Source: Elusimicrobiales bacterium
GTDB lineage: Bacteria; Elusimicrobiota; Elusimicrobia; Elusimicrobiales; UBA9959
Direction: 5' to 3'
Length of the DNA stretch: 19,259 nt
Assembly (NCBI GenBank): GCA_049972095.1
Contig: JBMFKQ010000012.1
Location: forward strand, 1-19,259
Under the pieces are notes generated by a model. It did not search any database. It saw nothing but the letters and a program-made list of their open reading frames with translations, and was not told the origin of the DNA. Below, piece after piece: positions 7,984 through 19,259 of the stretch. The position numbers were made by a program, and so were the translations under genes. How positions within the stretch are numbered: the stretch's first letter is position 1; the number at the start of each line of letters is the position of its first letter.

Positions 7984-10979
7984 TTGGTGGTGTTGTTAAT
8001 GAAACAGCATGTGTTTATTATGTTATATCCGAGATGCTTTTGAAAAAAAGAAATGCTGTTCTTATCATTGAGGATGATGTTGATATAAATTTTTTTAGTC
8101 TGACTGCATCTGTTATAGGCGATTGTTTTGATGTTAAGATTGATGCTTGTGAGTTTGATTCAAGAATTGAAAGCAGAATAACTACGGCAAGAAGGATAAA
8201 AGATGCGGTGAAACCAATTCTTGTAATAACATCCATAAAATGCCTTGATAAAAAAATGCCTTCTATCTCTCTTCTTTCAAAAAAGAGAATAAAGGTTGGA
8301 GATAGTATTAGAAGGAAAGAACTTGTCGATATTATTTGTGAATGTGGATTTAGACGATGTGATTTTGTTGAAAACCCTGGGGAGTTTGCAGTAAGAGGAA
8401 GTGTTGTTGATATATTTAACCCTGGCGATAAAAACCCCGTTAGAATCTATTTTGATGATAATATGATCTCTTCCATAAAAAGCTTTGAGATAGAGACTCA
8501 AAACACATTTGACTTCACAATGAGTTTTGATATCTCAGATATATCATCTCAGGATGTTGGTATATTTGATCTTGGTTTTTTGGTTTATTCATATAAGGTT
8601 CATGTTGATGGTGCTGTTGAGATGAGTGATAAGGTAAGTGATGTGGGAGGTTTTTCTTTTGAAAACATCCCTTTTGCTTCTAACCAGATCTTTATTTCAG
8701 AGCTTGATAGGTTTTCAAATAAAGGGTTTGATATTCATATATATTGTCTTAATGAGAGGGAGTCAATAAAGATCGCATCAATTATTGATGAAAGTAGGAT
8801 TTGTTTTAAGAGGATTCATTTTCACGAGGGATATATTAGAAAAGGGTTTTATTCTGAAACTGCAAAGGTTTGTCTTATATCATCTAATGAGATATTCTCA
8901 AGGGAGTTCACGAAATCTCCAAGAAGGGAGATAAAAAAAAGCTTGAGGCTTGATCAGATATCTGTTGGAGACTATGTTGTTCACCAGGACTATGGAATAG
9001 GAATATATGGTGGCATAATTGATTACACTCATCGCGATGAATGGGGAAATATTTACACTACTGAGTGTATAGAGATAAGATATTCAGCTGGTGATAAGCT
9101 TTATGTTGCTCTTAATGATTTTGGTAAGATAGAAAAATACATCGGAGATCCTAACAAGATAAAACTCTCATCGCTTAGCTCTGTCAAGTGGTCTAAGGTT
9201 AGAGAAAGGGTTAGAAAGGAGGTTGAAAGAATAGCAAGGCAGATAATAGCCATTGAAGCAAAGCAGAGGGTTGTAAAGGTTAAACCAATGCTTGCTTGTG
9301 ATATGGAGGCTGATTTTGAGACATCCTTTCCTTATGATGAAACCCCAGATCAGAAAAAGGCTATAGATGATGTTTTGAGGGATCTTGAAGGGGAGCTTCC
9401 AGCAAATAGGGTTATAGTTGGAGATGTTGGATTTGGTAAAACAGAGGTTGCAATGAGGGCAGCATTTAGGGCTGTGTCAAATGGGTATCAGGTTTGTGTT
9501 TTATGTCCAACTACAATACTTACAGAGCAGCATTTAAGAACATTTAGAAAGCGATTTGAAAGATTTCCGTTCATCATTGAGGCTCTTTCAAGATTTACAA
9601 CTCGTTTGGATGAGAAAAGAATAAAAAGGGATCTTGAAAATGGTGTTGTTGATATACTCATAGGCACGCATAAATTACTCATTGAGGATGTGAGGTTTAA
9701 AAACCTTGGTTTATTGATAATAGATGAGGAGCATAAGTTTGGTGTAAAACAAAAGGAGATCATAAGATCAAGATACAGTAATATCCATACATTCTACCTT
9801 TCAGCAACCCCTATCCCAAGAACACTCTATCAATCGCTTTCAAGCATAAGAACAATGTCTGTTATAGAAACCCCTCCGCTTGGAAGACTCCCTATTGAGA
9901 CAAGGGTTAGAGCCTATTGTGATGAGCTTGTTGTTGAGGCTGTTGACAGAGAGATAAGAAGGGGTGGGCAGATCTTCTATGTTTATAACAGGGTTGAGAC
10001 AATAAATGCTAAGTTTGAAAGGCTAAAAAAAATCCTTCCAGGTATAAGAATATGTGTTGTTCATGGTAAGATGAAGGTTAGGGAGATTGAGGATGTTATG
10101 TTTGATTTTCTTGAAAAAAGATACGACCTTATGCTTTCATCAACAATAATAGAATCTGGTATAGATATACCATCTGTCAACACACTTATAGTAGAGGATT
10201 CTCATAGATTTGGCCTTGCCCAACTTTATCAACTAAGGGGTAGGATAGGAAGGGAAAAAACAAGGGCATACTGTTATTTTTTTTATCCTGCTTATCTTGA
10301 AAGAGAGTTTTCAAATGAGGGTATGGTAAGCAAGGATTCTCTCAAAAGGCTTAGAGCGCTTGAGGAGTTTTCTGAGCTTGGCAGCGGTTTTAGACTTAGT
10401 ATGAGGGATCTTGAGATAAGAGGTGCGGGTGAGCTTTTAGGAACAAAACAGCATGGCTTTATAGTTAGTGTAGGGCTTGAGACATACATAAGGCTTCTCA
10501 ACCAGGAGATATCAAGAATAAAAGGCATCTCTATTGAGGAGCCCAGAGAACCTATCATTGACATAAAGGTTTCAGCATACATACCCTCCGATTATATAAA
10601 CGATGATATGGAGAGGTTGAGGTTTTACAAAAGATTTTACAACTCTTCATATAATGATATAGAGGCTATATGCCATGAGATGGAGGATATAGCAGGCAAG
10701 ATGCCCCAAGAGGTTATAAATTTGATCAGGATTGTTAAGATAAAAAAACTTCTTTCTGGAAAGAAGGTTTCTAAGATAATAGAAAAAGAAGGGGCTATTG
10801 AGTTTTATTTTGACAAAGGCTTTGATGTCAAAAGCAGTGATATAACAAGATGGCAAGAAGAATTTAAAGGAAGGATAAATTTTTTTAAAACATCGTCTTA
10901 TGATGGACTAAGTATTAAGATTCTTGGTGGTGAGGATAAGATAAAAATCATATCTGATTTGCTTGCACTTGATTTATGA
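7980..10979 (+). CDS. mfd: Transcription-repair coupling factor
   Basis: UvrB-like D2 'GEFAVRGSVVDIF', RID 'GDYVVHQDYGIG', SF2 motifs 'GDVGFGKTEVA', 'DEEH' and 'SATPIPRT', 'LYQLRGRIGR', TRG 'DLEIRGAG', and a TRCF C-terminal domain. The start is more likely the ATG at 7980 (ATGA overlap with comF, GGAG at 7971-7974) than the TTG at 7950. Confidence 0.96.
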   Translation: MIGGVVNETACVYYVISEMLLKKRNAVLIIEDDVDINFFSLTASVIGDCFDVKIDACEFDSRIESRITTARRIKDAVKPILVITSIKCLDKKMPSISLLSKKRIKVGDSIRRKELVDIICECGFRRCDFVENPGEFAVRGSVVDIFNPGDKNPVRIYFDDNMISSIKSFEIETQNTFDFTMSFDISDISSQDVGIFDLGFLVYSYKVHVDGAVEMSDKVSDVGGFSFENIPFASNQIFISELDRFSNKGFDIHIYCLNERESIKIASIIDESRICFKRIHFHEGYIRKGFYSETAKVCLISSNEIFSREFTKSPRREIKKSLRLDQISVGDYVVHQDYGIGIYGGIIDYTHRDEWGNIYTTECIEIRYSAGDKLYVALNDFGKIEKYIGDPNKIKLSSLSSVKWSKVRERVRKEVERIARQIIAIEAKQRVVKVKPMLACDMEADFETSFPYDETPDQKKAIDDVLRDLEGELPANRVIVGDVGFGKTEVAMRAAFRAVSNGYQVCVLCPTTILTEQHLRTFRKRFERFPFIIEALSRFTTRLDEKRIKRDLENGVVDILIGTHKLLIEDVRFKNLGLLIIDEEHKFGVKQKEIIRSRYSNIHTFYLSATPIPRTLYQSLSSIRTMSVIETPPLGRLPIETRVRAYCDELVVEAVDREIRRGGQIFYVYNRVETINAKFERLKKILPGIRICVVHGKMKVREIEDVMFDFLEKRYDLMLSSTIIESGIDIPSVNTLIVEDSHRFGLAQLYQLRGRIGREKTRAYCYFFYPAYLEREFSNEGMVSKDSLKRLRALEEFSELGSGFRLSMRDLEIRGAGELLGTKQHGFIVSVGLETYIRLLNQEISRIKGISIEEPREPIIDIKVSAYIPSDYINDDMERLRFYKRFYNSSYNDIEAICHEMEDIAGKMPQEVINLIRIVKIKKLLSGKKVSKIIEKEGAIEFYFDKGFDVKSSDITRWQEEFKGRINFFKTSSYDGLSIKILGGEDKIKIISDLLALDL

Positions 10980-11167
10980 TTGATAAGGACTGGAAGAAAC
11001 ATCTGAATCTTGGCATTGAAATTGCGGTTTATGTCTGTGTTTTTGTATTTAGTGGATATTATCTTGATAAGTATCTTTGCGCATCACCATTTTTTCTATT
11101 GTTATCAACCATTTTTGCAATCATTTCAGTTTTTTATGTTATGTGGAAGAGGTATTTGAAAAGATGA
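10976..11167 (+). CDS. AtpZ/AtpI (ATPase gene 1 / AtpQ-like) small two-TM protein
   Basis: 'LGIEIAVYV..F..GYYLDKYL..SPFF' fits the ATPase_gene1 pattern G..LD...t.P.f. It is the first gene of the atp cluster, with an ATGA overlap with mfd. Confidence 0.8.
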   Translation: MIDKDWKKHLNLGIEIAVYVCVFVFSGYYLDKYLCASPFFLLLSTIFAIISVFYVMWKRYLKR

Positions 11168-11451
11168 AGGATGTGGTTATTTTTTCATTGCTTGGTATTT
11201 TTTTTGGTGCTATAAACGGAGTTATATCTGTTAGTCTTATAAAAAAAAATATTAATGCATCTAATAAAAGGTTTTATACAGTCTATATTGCTCTATTTTT
11301 TTACAAGCTTATATTCCTTGCTGTATCTATTTGGTTGATGAGGGCTCAAAAAGTTATAATAATATTGTTATACTGCATACTTGTTGTTGTGTTTCAAACA
11401 AGTGTAGTTTTGTTATTTTTAAGGCGATATGGAGTTAAGAGAGATACTTGA
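11164..11451 (+). CDS. Hydrophobic ATP synthase accessory protein (AtpI/UncI-like), about 95 aa
   Basis: ATG at 11164 in an ATGA overlap with the preceding gene is preferred over the track start at 11077. About three hydrophobic segments; lies immediately before atpB. Confidence 0.65.
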   Translation: MKDVVIFSLLGIFFGAINGVISVSLIKKNINASNKRFYTVYIALFFYKLIFLAVSIWLMRAQKVIIILLYCILVVVFQTSVVLLFLRRYGVKRDT

Positions 11452-12193
11452 AGAGCATATACTTGATCATATCTATGGATGGCTTAATCTTATTGGATTT
11501 CATCTTCCTTTTTCAAAACATCTTTTGATGATGATTATTGTTTCATTTATACTTTTTATTGTATTCCCCTTGATTATAAACTCAAAGTCCCCTCTTCTTA
11601 AACCCCTAAGAGTTATCATTGAGGTTATTGTTATTTTTATAAGAGATAATATAGTAAAACCTAATCTTGGTGAAGATAAGTTATCATATACAGCATATTT
11701 TGCAACCCTTTTTTTCTTTATACTTTTGATGAATCTATTTGGTTTCTTACCTTACGGTGCAACAGCAACAGGCAATATATCTGTAACCCTTGGGCTTTCA
11801 TTAACAACATTTCTTCTAATAAACTACTCAGGGATAAAAAAACACGGTTTTTTTCATTACTTTAAAAGCTTTATCCCTCATAATATTCCAGTGCTGTTGT
11901 ATCCTATTATATTTCCAATAGAGATAATTGGGCTTTTTACAAAAACATTAGCACTTGCAATCCGACTTTTTGCCAATATGATAGCAGGGCATTTTGTTAT
12001 GCTTGTTTTTATAAGCTTTATATTTATTTTTGGTGCAATTAATTTATATCTTGGACTTTTTATTGTATCACCAATTGTTGTTTTAATGGTTCTTTTTGTT
12101 TCATTGCTTGAGGTGCTTGTTGCCTTTCTTCAGGCATATATATTCACTTTTCTTACAGCAATATTTACATCTCAGGCAACAAGCTCACACTAA
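11429..12193 (+). CDS. atpB: F0 ATP synthase subunit a
   Basis: 'ATATGNISVT', 'LAIRLFANMIAGH' (essential Arg), 'LEVLVAFLQAYIF'. Confidence 0.97.
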   Translation: MELREILEEHILDHIYGWLNLIGFHLPFSKHLLMMIIVSFILFIVFPLIINSKSPLLKPLRVIIEVIVIFIRDNIVKPNLGEDKLSYTAYFATLFFFILLMNLFGFLPYGATATGNISVTLGLSLTTFLLINYSGIKKHGFFHYFKSFIPHNIPVLLYPIIFPIEIIGLFTKTLALAIRLFANMIAGHFVMLVFISFIFIFGAINLYLGLFIVSPIVVLMVLFVSLLEVLVAFLQAYIFTFLTAIFTSQATSSH

Positions 12194-12199
12194 AACTCT

Positions 12200-12206
12200 A
12201 AGGAGG
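12200..12206 (+). promoter_or_regulatory. Strong Shine-Dalgarno site for atpE
   Basis: AAGGAGG lies 5 nt before the ATG at 12212, in one of the few intergenic gaps. This fits the high copy number of subunit c. Confidence 0.8.
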
Positions 12207-12211
12207 AGAGG

Positions 12212-12505
12212 ATGGAGCTTACATTCCTTGGAATGGGTTATATAGGTGCAGGGATAGGCGCTGGTCTTGTGCTTATTGGCGCAGCATCCGGCATAGGAAG
12301 GCTTGCAGCTAGTGCCCTTGAAGGAACTGCAAGACAGCCTGAGGCAGCAGATAGCATAAGAACAACTATGATAATTGCTGCTGCACTTATTGAGGGGATA
12401 GCATTTCTTGGTCTTATCATATGCCTTCTTATTGCAATGAATTTTGGAATGCCAAAAGAGATGACTCCAAAATCAGATGTTAAAATAGAGCAGACAACAA
12501 AGTAA
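12212..12505 (+). CDS. atpE: F0 ATP synthase subunit c (H+-type) with C-terminal extension
   Basis: Glycine-rich first helix, 'ARQPEA' loop, ion-binding Glu61 in 'AAALIEG'. Confidence 0.97.
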   Translation: MELTFLGMGYIGAGIGAGLVLIGAASGIGRLAASALEGTARQPEAADSIRTTMIIAAALIEGIAFLGLIICLLIAMNFGMPKEMTPKSDVKIEQTTK

Positions 12506-12510
12506 TAACT

Positions 12511-13011
12511 ATGGAAAACCTCATAAAGCCTGAGTTTGGACTTTCCTTCTGGACAATAGTTATATTCTTTCTTCTTGTTGTAATTCTTTCAAAGTTTGTG
12601 TGGAGGCCACTTCTTAAAGAGATAGATGAGAGGGAGCAGAGTATAAGAAAGAATATAGAGGAGTCAAACAGGCTTAGAGAGGAGGCTGAGAGATATAAAA
12701 GGGAGATTGAGCAAAAATACATAGATATAAACAGGGAGGCTGATGAGATAATTAAAAGGGTTAGATATGAGACAGATATAGAAAGGGAAAAGATAATACA
12801 GAAGGCTCAAGCTCAGGCTGAGGTTATAATTGAAAATGCAAGAAAAGAAATAGAGGATATGAAAAGAAAGGCTGAAAGAGAGATTGAAAGTAAGGTGGTT
12901 GAAATATCCTGTGAGATATCAAAAAGGGTTCTTCATTCTATCATTGATAAAAAAGCTGAAGAAAGAATTCTTGAACTTACGCTTAAAGAACATAAGGAAA
13001 TAAAACTTTGA
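12511..13011 (+). CDS. atpF: F0 ATP synthase subunit b
   Basis: 'PEFGLSFWTIVIFFLLVVILSKFVWRPLL..IDERE' followed by a charged coiled coil. Confidence 0.95.
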   Translation: MENLIKPEFGLSFWTIVIFFLLVVILSKFVWRPLLKEIDEREQSIRKNIEESNRLREEAERYKREIEQKYIDINREADEIIKRVRYETDIEREKIIQKAQAQAEVIIENARKEIEDMKRKAEREIESKVVEISCEISKRVLHSIIDKKAEERILELTLKEHKEIKL

Positions 13012-13014
13012 TTG

Positions 13015-13554
13015 ATGAATAAGACCAATATTTCCAGCATTAAAAAATATGCTTATGCATATATGAGCTCTACATCTGAGAGTGATGAGGAAAAGATTTC
13101 TAATCTTAAAGAGATAATTAAACACATACCTTCAGTCTCATTTTATTTGAAAAATCCAAGCATTTCTTTGAAGGTTAAGCAAGAGATTATTAAGATGGTT
13201 CTTCCAAAAAATCTTATTGAATCATCAGCATACAGGTTTTTGATTCTTCTTATAGGTTTGAGGGTATTTGATTTTGATAGGATATTGAAGGAGTGTGAGG
13301 ATATATTTTTTAGATCTCAAAAAAGATTTAGGCTTGTTGTAAGATCAAGATATCCTATCAGTGATTATGAAAGGGATGTTTTAAGTGAATTTTTTTCTCA
13401 ACTACTGAATATGGAGCCTGTGGTTGAATGGAGCCAGGATAATGAGTGTATTGGTGGTTTTATAATTAGATGGGATGATATGATAATAGACTCAACAGTT
13501 TCAAAGAGGATTGAGATGTTAAAACATAAGATTACTCAGGGAGATGAGCTATGA
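13015..13554 (+). CDS. atpH: F1 ATP synthase subunit delta
   Basis: 'KKYAYAY', 'LKNPSI', 'FLILL' and 'IGGFII...IIDSTV...IE.LK'; located between atpF and atpA. Start is the ATG at 13015 or the TTG at 13012. Confidence 0.88.
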   Translation: MNKTNISSIKKYAYAYMSSTSESDEEKISNLKEIIKHIPSVSFYLKNPSISLKVKQEIIKMVLPKNLIESSAYRFLILLIGLRVFDFDRILKECEDIFFRSQKRFRLVVRSRYPISDYERDVLSEFFSQLLNMEPVVEWSQDNECIGGFIIRWDDMIIDSTVSKRIEMLKHKITQGDEL

Positions 13555-15080
13555 TCAGTGGTGATGAGATAACAAAAATAATAAAGCAGAAGATAGAAAA
13601 ATTTGTTCCACATTCTGAGATAGCTGAGTGTGGGCAGGTTATATCTGTTGGTGATGGAGTTGCAAGAGCCTGGGGTCTTAATGCCAGTGTTATGGGTGAG
13701 CTTGTTGAGTTTGACAGCGGTGTTAAAGGGATGATTCTTAACATAGAGAGGGAGGGTGTTGGAATAGTTGTGCTTGGTGACGATAGGCTTATAAAAGAGG
13801 GGGATATTGTTAAAAGAACGGGTAAGGTTATGGAGATAGGGGTTGGTGAGGAACTTATCGGTAGAATTGTTGATCCTCTAATAAACCCTATAGATGGGAA
13901 GGGACCAATTAGATTTTCTGCCACAAGGCCTATTGAGGTTATTGCTCCTGGTGTTGTTGAAAGACAGCCTGTGAAGGTTCCTTTGCAGACAGGTATAAAG
14001 GCAATAGATGGAATGATTCCAATAGGAAGAGGTCAAAGAGAGCTTATAATTGGTGATAGACAAACCGGCAAGACTGCAATAGCAATAGACACAATAATAA
14101 ACCAGAAAAATGAGCCTGAGGATAAAAGACCTATATGCATATATGTTGCTATAGGTCAAAAAGAGATGAGCGTTGCAAGAATAGCAAAGATACTTGAAGA
14201 TCATGGTGCGATGAGCTATACAATAATAGTTGTGGCATCTGCCTCTCAGCCAGCGCCACTTCTTTATCTTGCGCCATATTCGGGATGTAGTATTGGGGAG
14301 TATTTTATGTGGAAGGGGAAGGATGTCCTTGTTGTATATGATGATCTCTCAAAGCATGCTCAAGCATACAGGCAGATGTCTCTTCTTCTTAGAAGGCCCC
14401 CGGGAAGAGAGGCATATCCGGGTGATATTTTCTATCTTCATTCAAGACTTCTTGAAAGGGCATGCAAGCTTAATGATAAAAATGGCGCAGGCTCTCTTAC
14501 TGCACTTCCAATAATAGAAACACAGGCAAACGATGTTTCTGCATACATACCTACAAATGTTATATCAATAACAGATGGTCAGATCTATCTTGAGCCATCT
14601 CTTTTTTATGCAGGTATTAGACCTGCTATTAATGTTGGTATTTCTGTATCAAGGGTTGGTGGTTCTGCTCAGATAAAGGCAATGAGACAGGTTGCAGGAA
14701 AGCTTAGGGTTGATCTTGCTCAGTATAATGAGCTTAAGGTGTTTGCTCAGTTTGCCTCTGATCTTGATAAAGAAACACTTGCTTTTATAAGAAGGGGTGA
14801 AAGATTGGTTGAGCTTTTAAAGCAGGATCAGTATCAGCCGATGGATGTTTGTGATCAGATAATTGTGCTTTATGCGGGAACAAGAGGCTATATAGATGAT
14901 ATTGCGCTTGAGGATATTAAAAGCTTTGAAGAGGGATTGGTTAGGTATTTCAGAGAAAATTATAAGGATGTTCTTGAGGAGATAAGGTTTAAAAAGGAGC
15001 TTGTCCCTGAGCTTGATGAAAAGATAGGAAGGATTATAGAGGAGTTTAAATCAAAGGTTTTTTCATTTAAAAAGGTTTAG
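13551..15080 (+). CDS. atpA: F1 ATP synthase subunit alpha
   Basis: 'GDGVAR', Walker A 'GDRQTGKT', '[24 protein letters not shown]', '[13 protein letters not shown]'. Confidence 0.99.
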   Translation: MISGDEITKIIKQKIEKFVPHSEIAECGQVISVGDGVARAWGLNASVMGELVEFDSGVKGMILNIEREGVGIVVLGDDRLIKEGDIVKRTGKVMEIGVGEELIGRIVDPLINPIDGKGPIRFSATRPIEVIAPGVVERQPVKVPLQTGIKAIDGMIPIGRGQRELIIGDRQTGKTAIAIDTIINQKNEPEDKRPICIYVAIGQKEMSVARIAKILEDHGAMSYTIIVVASASQPAPLLYLAPYSGCSIGEYFMWKGKDVLVVYDDLSKHAQAYRQMSLLLRRPPGREAYPGDIFYLHSRLLERACKLNDKNGAGSLTALPIIETQANDVSAYIPTNVISITDGQIYLEPSLFYAGIRPAINVGISVSRVGGSAQIKAMRQVAGKLRVDLAQYNELKVFAQFASDLDKETLAFIRRGERLVELLKQDQYQPMDVCDQIIVLYAGTRGYIDDIALEDIKSFEEGLVRYFRENYKDVLEEIRFKKELVPELDEKIGRIIEEFKSKVFSFKKV

Positions 15081-15089
15081 GGGGTTTTA

Positions 15090-16004
15090 TTGAGGATACT
15101 TGTAACCGGCGGTGCTGGTTTTATAGGCTCAAATCTTGCTAAATATCTTGCTCTTGATAGTGATAATAGGGTTATTATAGTTGATGATTTTTCAAGTGGT
15201 AGTTTTAAAAATCTTATTGGATTTAATGGAGATATTATTGCCTGTGATGTTGTAAGTGATCAATGGTGGGATAGGGTTGGATATGTTGATGTGGTATTTC
15301 ATCAAGCAGCAATAACAGACACAACAGTTATGGATCAAAAAAGAATGATGGAGGTTAATGTTGAGGGTTTTAGAAGTGTTGTTAATTTTGCAGTTAAGTA
15401 TGATGTAAGGAAGGTTATTTATGCATCAAGCGCAGCTGTTTATGGCAATGGTGAATGTCCTATGAGAGAGGATCAGACACCAACACCTCAGAATATCTAT
15501 GGCTTTTCAAAGGCTATAATGGATAATCTTGCAAGGTTTTTTTTAGAAAAATATCCTAAGATGAGAATAATTGGGCTTAGATATTTTAATGTCTATGGTC
15601 CTGGTGAGTCGTTTAAAGGTAGGTTTGCCTCAATGGTTTATCAGCTTTATCTTCAGATGAAGAGTGGTAGAAAGCCAAGGATATTCAAATATGGTGAGCA
15701 GATGAGGGATTTTGTTTATGTTAAGGATGTTGTTATGGCAAATATAAGGGCTATGGATTGTGATGTCTCTGGTGTTTATAATGTTGGAACAGGAAAGGCT
15801 GAAAACTTTAATTATCTTATAGAGTGTCTTAATAAAGCCTGTGGGACATCTTATGAGCCAGAGTATTTTGACAATCCCTATGATTTTTATCAGAACAAGA
15901 CCCAGGCGGATCTAAGAAGGGCAAAGGCAATACTTAACTACAGAGCTGAATGGGATCTTGAAAATGGTGTTAAGGATTATGTGAAGCTTCTTGAGGGAAA
16001 ATAA
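15090..16004 (+). CDS. rfaD: ADP-L-glycero-D-manno-heptose-6-epimerase (extended SDR)
   Basis: 'TGGAGFIGSNL', 'VFHQAAITDTT', 'YASSAAVYG', the YxxxK motif 'YGFSK', 'GLRYFNVYGPGE.FKG..ASM' (equivalent to E. coli HKGSMAS) and 'YQNKTQAD'. TTG start preceded by GGGGG. Confidence 0.88.
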   Translation: MRILVTGGAGFIGSNLAKYLALDSDNRVIIVDDFSSGSFKNLIGFNGDIIACDVVSDQWWDRVGYVDVVFHQAAITDTTVMDQKRMMEVNVEGFRSVVNFAVKYDVRKVIYASSAAVYGNGECPMREDQTPTPQNIYGFSKAIMDNLARFFLEKYPKMRIIGLRYFNVYGPGESFKGRFASMVYQLYLQMKSGRKPRIFKYGEQMRDFVYVKDVVMANIRAMDCDVSGVYNVGTGKAENFNYLIECLNKACGTSYEPEYFDNPYDFYQNKTQADLRRAKAILNYRAEWDLENGVKDYVKLLEGK

Positions 16005-16005
16005 T

Positions 16006-18756
<2,751 letters not shown>

Positions 18757-18788
18757 ATCCTATCTAAACTTACCGTGAGATTTAAATT

Positions 18789-19259
18789 ATGGATGATTTT
18801 TTGAAAATAAAGATGAGAAATACAATTCTTTTGAATGAGATTTATAAAATGGATAGTTCTTTTTATGAAGAGGGTATAATAGCTATCCTGATAAAAGGTG
18901 CGGCATTAATTTTAAAGGGTTATATCAGATTTTGTGAGCGTGAGATGAGTGATGTGGATGTGGTTGTAAGAGAGAGGGATTATGATAAGGTTGTAAGGAT
19001 TTTAGAAAAAAAGGGTTTTGATGAGATTAAAGATGGTAGGCATGCTTATTACAGGGGTGTTGGTGATATGTTTGCACCTGTAATATTTGATGTTCATAGC
19101 TATTTTTCGAATCTTAAATTTGATGATATTGAGTTTGAGGATTTAGATGATTGTAAAGCATTTAAACTTCCTTCAGATAGTGATCTTTTGATAATCACAG
19201 CAGTCCATTCTGTTATAAAACATGGTTTTTTTGATGATAGATGTTTAAAAGATTTTAGA
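18789..19259 (+). CDS. Uncharacterised nucleotidyltransferase family protein (NTP_transf_5 / PF14907-like); 3'-truncated by the window edge
   Basis: Not in the ORF track because it has no stop in the window. Manual translation gives MDDFLKIKMRNTILL...ILIKGAALI..Y...EREMSDVDVVV...FDVH...LLIITAVHSVIKHG...RCLKD, with the pol-beta-like 'KG...R.M.D.D' signature. Confidence 0.8.
   Translation, partial: MDDFLKIKMRNTILLNEIYKMDSSFYEEGIIAILIKGAALILKGYIRFCEREMSDVDVVVRERDYDKVVRILEKKGFDEIKDGRHAYYRGVGDMFAPVIFDVHSYFSNLKFDDIEFEDLDDCKAFKLPSDSDLLIITAVHSVIKHGFFDDRCLKDFR

Noticed and set aside
18757..18788. Possible terminator after atpC
   Set aside because: Only a weak, mismatched AT-rich pairing is possible, with no GC stem or U-tract.

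Overview
AT-rich bacterial window from a diderm (LPS-making) organism. The gene set and protein styles suggest Elusimicrobiota, but this is inference only. Every real gene is on the + strand. Positions 1-~1000 form a compositionally distinct restriction-enzyme patch: the 3' part of an HpyAIV-like type II endonuclease, followed by a previously unannotated, doubly frameshifted remnant of a DdeI-like endonuclease. From 1086 to the window end there is one uninterrupted chain of tightly coupled genes: skp/ompH-like (with a Ser/Thr-rich insertion), lpxD, lpxC, fabZ, lpxA, lpxI, a cytoplasmic GH13 glycosidase where lpxB usually sits, comF, mfd, then an H+-type F1Fo ATP synthase operon (atpZ/Q-like, atpI-like, atpB, E, F, H, A, G, D, C). 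The atp operon is split between atpA and atpG by an ADP-L-glycero-D-manno-heptose 6-epimerase gene (rfaD/hldD). The window ends in a truncated NTP_transf_5-like nucleotidyltransferase that the ORF track missed. I saw no RNA genes, CRISPR arrays or transposases. I cannot support a wholly new multi-gene system. The most unusual observations are rfaD inside the F1 genes, the DdeI-like pseudogene, the GH13 gene in the lpxB slot and the modified Skp. All family assignments are from motif recognition by eye, not database searches.
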